Below are positions 44,113-55,200 of a DNA stretch of 64,000 nucleotides, piece by piece. The notes under the pieces were generated by a model that saw only the letters and a list, made by a program, of their open reading frames with translations, did not search any database and was not told the origin of the DNA. Position 1 is the stretch's first letter; each line of letters opens with the position of its first letter. Origin of the DNA: Selaginella moellendorffii (lineage: Eukaryota; Plantae; Lycopodiophyta); assembly GCF_000143415.4 (NCBI RefSeq), contig NW_003314283.1:1726330-1790329 (forward strand). The letters run 5' to 3'. The translations under genes were made by a program, and so were the position numbers.

Positions 44113-44759
44113 ATTTAATGTCACGCCTCAAAAGTTTTTGCTTCTAACCACCAAAAGTCTGCGTACTAGATTTCTTGGGATAATTTGATCCAAGACAGTC
44201 CACAAAAGAAGAAAAAAAGCTTATGCATTCACAAGTTAATGGCTGAGACATGCAAACTCTTTTTGATGGAGGTGCCACTGGAAGATCCTTTTCATGTGAA
44301 ATTTTATATTGATGCATGAGAGTACAATCCAAAGATCTTGATCTGGATCCAAATAGCATCAACCTCCAAGATCTAGATCCAAATGCCCATCACCATCATT
44401 GATGCTCCCTTTTGAATTATTTTCAAACTGTCTTATTTCTTTTAAATGTCCTGTTGTAGTTTTTTAAGGTAATTCTAACTTTTTATAAGTTCTCAAAAAT
44501 AAGGATTAGTTGTCCCATTTATGGTAATAAATATATGATTGCGCATGGGAGCATTATATAGTTTTACATGTCCGGATTTATATTTTTTGTTTTGAGTTGC
44601 ATGCAAAACAATTGTCGTAATTGAAATGTGATTGTGTATAATATTTTTGTCATGGGGTATGCATACATGCCACATAGGCATCATGCCAAATCATCCCTAC
44701 ATCATATTTATAAATCTAGTGAGGATTTCTTTCTCATTCTTGTAAGTGTAGATTTGTGA

Positions 44760-44939
44760 TATATTGATTGTGGAGCACTTGGACCAAGTGCAAAGGCTGA
44801 ATGGCATAGATGTCATTTATAGGGTTAATATATCCTTAAGTCAGGAATATGATTTATGGAAGTTGTGAGTAAGACACCTCAAAGTGGTAAAAAATGTGAT
44901 TAAGTGACTAAAGTAGAATGGAAAAATTAGTTGTTTACA
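44760..44939 (+). mobile_element. Diverged 3'-end fragment of the 47351-49041 LTR family
   Basis: Aligns with 48870-49041 and ends ...GGAAAAATTAGTTGTTTACA. Confidence 0.75.
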
Positions 44940-47350
44940 TGTTTGTCACATTGCAAATCAGTCTTTTTTTTTGGATTTTTAGTTCTTGGATTAAACTTAA
45001 TGGTTATTGCAGTGATTGTGTTATAGTACAACACTTTCACGTAAGTAAGGAACTGATTTAAACTTATTCCTCTCCAATGCATGTGCATTTTTCATTCTAG
45101 ATTCTTCTTTCCATGGCTGAGGAACCTATAGTTTTAACAACATGCACTTGGGTACATAGTTACAATGTAGCAATTTACTAATTTTCTGGGCCCAAAGACT
45201 TATATCATCTCACTGATGTAGACATATGTCCAAGTGAGCCCCCAACTGGTATGTTTTGAATTTTGAGATACATAGTTATTCATCTCATTTTTTTTGCAGA
45301 GTGTCAGGAATTAAGGCATTGCTATGCTAAGTAAGGATAGCGGGATGGTAGAGTTTGCATGCTGGGATACTAGTATGTTTATGCATTTTTTATATATCTC
45401 CATATATTTATGCTTTTGTGTGTTTTATTTTTCTTTCCAATAAAAAGATTCATGCTCTATTAAATTGGGTGCCAGGAATTCTCAGGCATACCTTGGCAGC
45501 AGTACTTGGTGAGGTGCAAGGTCAAGATTGGAGACATGTCATCTTCTTTTCTCTTGACATAGCAAGCAGATGTGTGGCATGTGGGGGGTTGTTTTATGCA
45601 ACCCCCTTCCATTGCAAGTCATGGAGCCAATAGCACAAGTGAAGGATGATGCTATAGAGGAAGGTGAAGAGTGAGTGGTAGAAGAGCATCCCACTGCCAT
45701 GGAGATTGTAGAAGAAGCGATGCTGGATCTCAAGAATGCAAAGGAAACAACTCTGCAAGTGCAAGATGTCACACCAAATGGAGTTTATATCACTACAGAT
45801 GGTGTGATAATCATCTATGACATGTAAGTTTTGCATTGAATACTAGTAGATATCCTTTGCTTCTTTTTACTGTTGCAAACCCTCTAATACAATTTTACAA
45901 TGCACAGCATAAGGTGGTGGATAAATGTGAGTTTATGGTTGAATATGAGATTGGTAACAAATGTGAGGTGGTGGCCTCCTCATAATGTTATGGAGGAAGA
46001 CATTTTATGCAAGCACAAGGTGATGGTGGAGGAGGCCCCATGTGGCATGGTGGTGGAAGAGGCCCTTGAGCCTCCTTGTGGACACCCAAGCTCACATGTG
46101 CATGCTTCATGTGACGAGGTATGTTGGATATTTCACATGAGGTAAACAACAAGGCTTTAGTTGAGGCTCCCCCAGTGCTCCACATGATAAGGAGGATGCT
46201 CTAGTTAGCAAGGTGAATGCTCTTTACTATGTAGTGGTTACAAGCGAGGAGGTGGAAGTGCCATGTGATAGTCATGAGGTGGAGGCTCCATGTGACTTAC
46301 TGGTTCCAAGTGAGGAGGTGGAGGTTCCATGCAAGCCTCCTTGCGAGCATGAGGATCTATGAAAGCTTGCTTATGAGTAAGAATCTAAGAAAAAAAGGAC
46401 TTAGGCAAACCAAGTTACCACTTTGGTTCAGCCTCTAGCATAATTACCACCTTATTTATGTGACCTTCAGCAGCAGCAGCATGTCCACCATTTCCACCAC
46501 CAAGATCTTCCCCACCACCTATGGCACCAAATGCCTCATTTTTGCCACCAAGATCTTCCCCACCACCTATGGCATTAGGTACCTCATTTCCACCACCACC
46601 ACCAGCTTCTCCTATGCTATAAATAGGTTTTGCATTTGAAACCATTTGGCTCTTGCATGCTGACACCTGGATCAGGATCAACAAATGCTTGGATCTAGAC
46701 ACCACTACTCCCACCATAGTCTTCCTCTGAAGCAGCTTCTTGAACTTGTGAAGTGTCCCTAGTGAATCTAACACAACAATCTAGTCATTTTCCTAGAGAA
46801 CGGGTCCATTGAGGTTGACTGGCATGCTTCTTTTGTTGTGGCATGATTTATATGTCTGCATAAAAAGAACAAAAACTTAGGTAAACATTAAAAAACGTTT
46901 TGAAGAAAAATAGGAGTGATTTCCTTGGTGTTGGGAAGATTGGTTTGCTGCCGAACCAATCTTCCAGTACCAAGGGAACAAAAAAAAGAAAGAAAAGGAG
47001 TAGCCCTTTTTATGGTGGGAAAATCAATTTATTGTCAAACCAATCTTCCAGCACCAAGAGAAAAAAAGAAAAAAAAGAAAAGGAGTAGCTGCATTCCTTC
47101 TAATGTTTTGAGGAACTACTTGACAGTGGTTTGCGAAGATAGAATGCGATCGAGAGAATATTGGGAAGATTGGTTTGTCACTAAAACGATCTTAAGGGAA
47201 CAACAAGAAAAAAGAAAAAAACCTAAAATTTGATGAAGATCAGTTTGTTACCAAATTGATCATTCTAGTCGTGAGATGCAAGTTGCTGGTGACCTAGAAG
47301 CAAGAGATGGGGAGATGGAAAAGTAGCACATAGGGAGATTGAGAGGTATA

Positions 47351-49041
47351 TGTGAGACACAAATCCCTAAGCCCCAAAGTGGAGCCGAAAGGGTGCCACG
47401 TGGTAGTGGCCGAAGCAAAAGCCAAACGAACGTAACACGTTTGGACCAAAAGGCTCCGACTTGAGAGGTTGAGAGTGGGAGTGGAACTCCCAACGGAGTG
47501 CTCAAGGAACGAGCATGAAGCGAGCAATAAGCGAGACTCCAAAAAGGGACCCAAAAGGACCAATACATGACACGTGGAAGTGTCCAAGATGGAGTCCGAG
47601 ATGGACCCGAGGTGGAGTCCGAGATGGAGTCTGAGATGGACCCAAAGTGGAGTCCGAGATGGACTCAAGATGGAGTCCGAGATGGACTCAAGATGGAGTC
47701 CGAGATGGAGTCCGAGATGGACCCAAAGTGGAGTCCGAGATGGACTCAAGATGGAGTCCGAGATGGAGTTCGAGATGGAGTCCGAGATGGAGTCCGAGAT
47801 GGACCAGAGATGGAGTTCGAGATGGAGTCCGAGATGGACCTGAGATGGAGTCCGAGATGGAACCCGAGATGGAGTCCGAGATGGAACCAAGAGTGAGACT
47901 GAGACCGAGACCGAGATCGAGTCCGAGTCCGAAACCGGGGCTGAGACCGAGTCCGAGTCCGAGTTCGAGTCTGAATCCGAGTCCGATTACTAATACAGGC
48001 AAGCCCAAAGCAATCGTCCCCCAACCGGGTGGGGGGGGGGGGGGGCTGGGGGCTACGGGGGGTTCCAAAAGTATAATAGGGAATAGGGAGAGTGTGGGGT
48101 TGGAGCCCAGTGGAGCCAGTTTGGCCAAGAAGGGCCAGTTTGGCCTAGGAAAGGCCAGTTTGGCCCAGGAAGGCCATACCCAGTGTTGGGTGATGAACTG
48201 ACCATTGGGAAGTCTAAGACTGGAGTGAATACGGACCGACAAGCGGGGTAGCTTGGTGAAGTGTTCAAGAGCCGGCTCTAATTCCCCCGGGAGATCGACT
48301 GTCTGATGCTCCTAGTCCAAGTGTGGGTGGCACTACCTACTTAGATACCTAGTGTGGCTCAACGGAACCTTGCTCTAAGCCCATGGCTAGAGCACCCAAA
48401 GGCAAAAGGCGGGGAGAGTACCCATGAGGCCCGCGTAGGGCCACGGTGTTCTGAAATGTTGTCCCAAAGGCCCAGACTGTGGAAAGGAAGAGGAGTAGTC
48501 CTCTGGTGTAGTGACCAAGGATACAGTCGAGTGGTGAGGAAGTCCTAGAGGACCGTGGGACTTAGTGGTTGGGCCTGTGGGCCTCGATCCAGTGGCAATG
48601 TTGGCGAACACGGCCATGGGCAGAAAGGGACTTGGTGAAGACCGGAAAAGGGATATTGGGAAGGCTATTCCCCATGTCTATGGGCATCCTAAGGATGCTA
48701 AGGAGTGGATCAGGAATGATCACTCATGGACGGATGGCCTAGTCCTTGAGAGATGGGTCTGTGATGCAGGTGGTGTTAGACCACCGGTGTGACCAAGGTA
48801 AAGGGGCATGGCCTTAGCATAACGGGATGATATGTCAGTGGTACCTTGGGGTGTCGGTCATGGGATTGGACACGTAGAGCACTTGGATCAAGTGCAAAGG
48901 TTGAGTGGCGGGGACGCCATTCTCGGGGCTAGTAAGCCCAAGTCTAAAATAGGATTTATGGAGGTTGTGAGTGAGACTCCTCCAAGTGGTTGGAGGTGTG
49001 GTTAAGTGACTAAAGTAGAATGGAAAATTTAGTCGCTTACA
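47351..49041 (+). mobile_element. Solo LTR (1691 bp), gypsy-type, with a GGAGTCCGAGAT 12-mer tandem array
   Basis: TGTGAG...CTTACA termini. TSD GTATA at 47346-47350 and 49042-49046. Shares the polyG-GGTTCCAAAAGTATA block and the 3' end with the young gypsy LTR. Confidence 0.92.
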
Positions 49042-49375
49042 GTATACATTGATTGAGGAGTGTCTTTCTAGTGTCCTGAAGAGCATCTAGCGTCTTGATT
49101 GATGTAGTGCATGTGGTTTTTACCCTTTATTCTATGGTGATTTACCATAGGATAACCACAGAATGGAACCTAAATCATCTATATGCCAGATGTCGCATGC
49201 CACATATCACATGCCACGTGTCCAAAGGATAGTGGTGTGGAACCTGAGTTTCAGGGCCTTGGGCCACTGAATAAAGGAACGGTGCCAAACTCCCAAACAT
49301 GGAGCCGAGAAGTGATGGCATTGGAGCATAGAACAACTCCCGAGCATAGAGCCCAAGGAGCAAAGGGACAGGAGT

Positions 49376-49722
49376 NNNNNNNNNNNNNNNNNNNNNNNNN
49401 NNNNNNNNNNNNNNNNNNNNNNNNNNNNNNNNNNNNNNNNNNNNNNNNNNNNNNNNNNNNNNNNNNNNNNNNNNNNNNNNNNNNNNNNNNNNNNNNNNNN
49501 NNNNNNNNNNNNNNNNNNNNNNNNNNNNNNNNNNNNNNNNNNNNNNNNNNNNNNNNNNNNNNNNNNNNNNNNNNNNNNNNNNNNNNNNNNNNNNNNNNNN
49601 NNNNNNNNNNNNNNNNNNNNNNNNNNNNNNNNNNNNNNNNNNNNNNNNNNNNNNNNNNNNNNNNNNNNNNNNNNNNNNNNNNNNNNNNNNNNNNNNNNNN
49701 NNNNNNNNNNNNNNNNNNNNNN
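49376..49722. other. Assembly gap (347 N)
   Basis: Run of N. Confidence 1.
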
Positions 49723-50302
49723 CTCTGGGACAAGCTTGAAACTTACTAAATATGGAATGTCCTTAGATTGTGAATTTGGACATGGGACGAATACCATTGT
49801 GTTTAGGACAATCTCTACATTCCGTAAATATGCCAAATGAGCAAATCTGGACACTTTCCATAAATAGCATTTGAGACCCAAATGAGACTAATACAAAGGG
49901 CATAATAGCGAGGTGTTTGGCAGACACGGTAAGCTATCATATAACGAATATTGAGGGACTAATCTCAATATCACAGGGGTTCCCAACACTAGCAAGTGCA
50001 AGTCAGCAATATATGTTCCTCGTCACCGTGCTAAGTATGCTTGACTAAATGACAACATAGGATTTCCTTCCTTAGTGCCCTTCTGGTCTAAGTGCACATG
50101 TGATGACTAGTTTCTCAACTAGCTTAGGCAGAGACTGATAATGGGTCCAGCAATACCGACCTCCTGCCATCATGGCAGTAAGGAAAGAATATCCGAAAGG
50201 ACTAGCTGATAGGTAACTTTCGATATCCAAAGTCACATTCACGACAATTGAGAAGTATATTGAAGCATATTGCGAGATTCAAGTGCTTTTCTCTCACCCT
50301 TC

Positions 50303-50475
50303 TGTCGGCCACAAATGTTTCCTTTCTAATTTGCCAGCTTACTTCGTCTATCCGTCCAACACTGCCTTGGCTTTTGCTAAATTCCCTTGCCAAGGTTCTC
50401 GCTTATGGTACCAGCTCTTATTCGGTCCTACTTGGTTTCAACTACTTACTGCACGAGCAACGGAGCGTTAGCTAT
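50303..50475 (-). mobile_element. Diverged fragment of the young gypsy LTR terminus
   Basis: Matches 2740-2900 (TTGCCAGCTTAC.TCGTCTATCCGTCCAACACTGCCTTGGCTTTTGCTAA). Confidence 0.85.
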
Positions 50476-52249
50476 TTAGCAAACCTAGTAGCCCTGAAAG
50501 CATGACCAAAATGACACCAAACCTTAGTTGTAAAACCCTAAAAATTAATAGTCACGATCAATGGTCATGATCAATGGTAATGATTTTCATTCTCTTTAAT
50601 GGTGATTGCTTCCTAGATTCTAGTGATATGTCAAGTTTTTAACCAATACTTTAATTTTGCAAATAGTAGGATATATTTACTGAACAAATCCACTATGAAC
50701 ATAGATTTGACATGTTCTTTCCAAGGATACAATCATTCAATGCTTTAGATATTAAAATATGTGTGATTGATTGTGAGAGGAATAATACTATTGATATTAC
50801 TACACACCAAACAACCTTTCTGAGCTTGACTCTCTCTCACTTATCACAAAAAAATGAAACTCTCTTGAAGGGAAGATAGTATGGATATGAGAGGGAGAAC
50901 AAACTATCAACCCTATAACTCTTGTGATTAATCGGCAACTCTTGTTTATAACCCCATTCATTTCAACAATATTATTCCTCTCATAATCAATTATATAATT
51001 AATATGGGTGGCTCTTTAAAATTGTCATATATCTCTAGATTCTAAACTGTTGTATGTTTTGTTAAAATAATTAACTTGTCTTTTGCAAGGACATAACTAA
51101 TTAAAGCTTGCAATATAGAATAATATCTTTGTTCTTTCTTGTCATTTTCTCCCCAAAGTTTTTCTAAGTGCTCTAGCAAGAAGAAAATATGAGAGAATTT
51201 TACTTGAAGTTTGATCAAGAGCCTCCAATTGTTTTCTCTAAGAGTGTTATAGGAAAGAGTTTCCTCTACAAAAGATTCAAATTGAAACCAAGATCAGTTA
51301 GTTTGGAGAATGTATATTGCAATAAAGGTAATCAGATAGAAAAATCCATTCTTCTTGACAGTGGATAGTGGTGTGGGAAAGAATGAGATTCATTGAGATC
51401 TTGATAGATGTACATGTCAGAAGATTCTAGTTACAAGATCTCCAAAGCGAGGAGAGGAGAGTGCATCAATTTCATAGCTAACTATGCAAAGAGTGAAGGA
51501 TGAGGTTGTTATTCTTTCCAATGATGACAATGAAGAAGATGAGCTTCCCGACATAACTTCCCAAATAAGGAGATGCGTTCCTTTTGGACTAGTTTTGAAG
51601 CAGTGGATAAGGCATTTTGGCAGTTTTGATCATTACAAATGGAATTGAAGGAGTTTGAGTACATGAGAGGTAAAGAGCTTCTATTTTCCTATAATGGGAA
51701 TATATTCTTTGAATTTCCACTTGCTAGTTCGTCAAGTAGGAAGAGGGGCATGGAGACATGTCTTGATCCACATAATTAGTGCAGGGAAGCTCTATTTTGT
51801 TAAAGTGGGAATTGTCATTATCCCACTTGTAAAATAAGGTTTCCAAACCTTTATATAATATATAAATATAACAAAATTCAACTGCATTGAGGCACATGCC
51901 ATTTTATTTTAAACAAGGAAATGTCTACTCAATCACTTCTCCTCCCCCTGCCATTGCTTCACCTCTCTCTTCTCCTTGTCATCGTCGTCCAATTTCTTTC
52001 CATCCTTTTAATATTGGCTCAGTTGCTCCGAGTCTAGGTAGAGCCCAAGTCCCCATTCAATCTTTACTTTCCCCTTATTAATAAAACAACTTCGTAGACT
52101 TCCAATAACATGCTGTAACACTTCTAGTATAATGCAAATCCTCTCAAAGAATTGTCTTTTAATATTAATACAATGGCATGGAACCCCATGCCATAATAAG
52201 TTACATTTTTAAATAAATACATGCCATCTCAGACTGTTATTTTTTGCCT

Positions 52250-55200
52250 TCAACGCCTATACAATAATCTTGGAATTTCATCACTCTCCACACTATCAGG
52301 ATTTAAACCCAATAGTAATGCCATCTCTTCTCTAATACGTCCACGCTCATGTTCAGTGGTCGAAGAACCCATCCGGTTGAGCAGATTATGGAGATGCAGA
52401 TAGTGCTTGGCTAGACAATATACATGCCATAAATGATGACTGGTGTCTGTCCGATCAAATGGCTTTTGATATACCGTTCCATCTGCCATTTGGTTGATTT
52501 CTGCAGCCACCTCCTGGACTGGCCGGTTCTCTATCACCATCGCTCCAAGCCGTTTTGCAAGGTCCCCCAGAACATATGGTTTCTTCTCCCTAGTTTCCAT
52601 ACTGCAAGAGATGGGGTGCACTGCATATGTGTGCGTGTTCGCTGCAGTTTTAATCGGCGAGTCATCGATGATGAGGATTTCACTTGACCTAACAGTCCGG
52701 TTCATCACTACAGCCTCTGGCTTGACGAAGATGGGCTTGCTACCCCTTACATGGACCATAGTCAAGCAATCCTCCTGCGTTAGGAGAAAGTCAAATGGTA
52801 ATATTACTCGCGTTTGATCGTGCATCATCTGTAGCAACGTTAATGCATTGTGGCGCATCATGGATGTCCAAACTCCCAATTGCAAATTGAACCCGGCCCT
52901 CTGTTTTAAGTGTCGCATGGTCATTATTGGATCCCGCAGTTTCTCCCGTGTGATTAATGTGAATCTGTCTCTTTTGACCAACTTGCGACCGCAGGCTTTG
53001 GAGGGTGCAGTGACATTCGAGGACGAGCCACGCTCATGGGAGAAAAGGACACCGTTCAGATCAAAAACGATACAGTACTTTCGCCGTGACTCTGAAATGA
53101 AATGCATCAGCATAAAAAATGGTACAAGTCAATTTTACCATCTACAATATTAGCGAATGGTGCTCCCGATGGTCGTTCAGAGGGTTTTGGTCGAGGAAAC
53201 GTGAAGGGCGGAAATACTCTCCTCTGCAATGTGGGGTCAATTGCATCCGATGGCATGTGGGCACATGCCATTTCAGCTGTAGACTCTAGTACAACTGGCT
53301 CAACAGTGGCATGGGGTGGTTCCGATGGCGTGTGATCACACGCCATTTCAGCTCGTGCCTCCGTTGGCAAAGTGGACATGACCGAACAGGCAGCAGGGGT
53401 GGTGTAGGGAGGTTCCAACGGCGCGTAGTCAGACGATTGGGCACACGTTGAGTCCGTTGGAAATGAGGATACGACCGGCTCGGCGGCTGGGGCGGCTTCA
53501 TGCGGGTCCAATGGCGCCTGGTCACCGTTAGTTGGATACATGGACAAGATTGACTCAGTGGTATGGGCAGCATCAAGTGGAGCGTGGTCAGCTTGCTTGG
53601 CGTTGATATGGATAGTAGCCTCCACCAGCTCTAATGACTCTTGCAGGCAAGTAGAGTCCACTGGCGGATCCATATGCATGTCCAAATATCTCCCTTCGAT
53701 TGAGATGGTATCCTCCCTACTGGCTACTAAAAAAAAACTCATTAGCACATTGAATCGACTATACTGTATTTACCATCAACTGCTATTGAGGAACTAGGAC
53801 CGATATCACTTGGGCGCACTGTTGATTTTGAAGGATTGGACATATGTTTCGACCCTTGCTTGGCACTATCCTTCCTCGACACTAAAGGCTAGAGTTTGTA
53901 TCTTAATTCAACTGAATAATCTCTACTTACCATTTCTTCTGCGACCTACATGGACAATGTTAGAAATGGTAAAAGGTTAGGAATGGATGTACTATTATTT
54001 ACCTGATGGTTTGTCTTGTATGACCTTCCTCCGCTGCTCTTTGGCCACCTCAGGCTGGCCATCGTCGTCATCATCGTCGTCGTCGTTATTGTGATCGTCA
54101 CCATTGTGAGGACCATCCAAGTCCTCTTCGTCCTCCTCTTCTTCGTCCTCCTCTTCTTCGTCCTCCTCTTCTTTGTCCTCCTCTTCGTCCTTCTGCTCTT
54201 CCTGCTCATTATCTTTCTCTGGCTCCTCATCCCCCTCCTGCATTTCTTCCATAGGCTGTTCAGGCTGGATGGCTTGTTTTTCCAGGACCATCTTGGGAAA
54301 ATCATCTGGCCGAGTCTCCATCTCAAAATACAATACATCCATAGCCTGTTTTAGTGCCTGACCTAGGACCGTATCCTCACCTGACTGTCTTAACATGGTT
54401 TCTGCACGTTCTTGCACCCTTCGAAGACGACGAGATGAGAAAAACGTGGCCCTGACTTGAAAAGCATCCCTCATCCATTGTACATCTCCATTGAGATTGG
54501 GGAAGGGGAGTCCGCCATAGGAATCTGAGTCAGGAGGTGGTGACTGGCTCCTTTCACTCAGCCCTTGATCTGCAATGAATGGCATGAGCACACACGCCAT
54601 AACCGCGAGGCATTACCTATCATCTTTTCGTTGCCCTTCTTCCTTTTCGAATCAAACGCCTCTGATCCCGACGACTGTCCAACGTGCTTTCGCTTTTTAT
54701 GACCACTGTCAGTTTGAGCTTGGCTGGTGCTTGCCTGTTTTGCCTTTGAAGAAGTGTCTCCTGCAAGGAATGGCATGAGACCACACGCCATTGCAAATAT
54801 AATTTGTACCTCCTTTTTTCCTATTGCTTGTCTGTTTGTCCTTCTTCGACACGCCACCAGTGCGCTTTTCAGTCCTCGTGTTTGAATATTCACAACGATC
54901 TATAATCAAAATGGCGTGAGGCCTCATGTGACCTTACCTTGTGCAGGTTGTGACCTCGGCCTAACATCAGTAGCTGTTAACGCCGTTTCAGCATCTGGGG
55001 GTGGCCACGCTCCTGCATACAGAGCTTGTGAGATAACATTTAAACTTAAAGTGCGTACTCACCAGGTTCGCAGAGAAGATACTGTTTTTCTTTGGCAACT
55101 GTAATTATATGCTCCATTGAAGTCACTTCTTCAATGGAGTTTGTCACCGCAACACACGGGACACCCTTGAGTAGTGCGGCTCGAAAGAATAGTCCACCGC

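Noticed and set aside
45000-46800. Degenerate GAGGAGGTGGAGG repeats and a duplicated CCACCAAGATCTTCCCCACCACCTATGGCA unit
   Set aside because: Looks like old TE or gene debris; no supported ORF or termini.
47294-48242. Repetitive ORFs (MESEMD..., SDSISD..., also 2007-2572, 3522-4004 and 9854-10237)
   Set aside because: They are translations of stop-poor tandem arrays inside LTRs.
49183-49881. ORFs spanning the N run
   Set aside because: Artefacts of the assembly gap.
51440-51800. Decayed coding-like fragment (LFSYNGNIFFEFP)
   Set aside because: Possibly a TE protein relic, but too short and broken to assign.
51850-52170. Left terminus (TIR/TSD) of the large DNA element
   Set aside because: The right end lies outside the window, so no inverted repeat or TSD can be verified.
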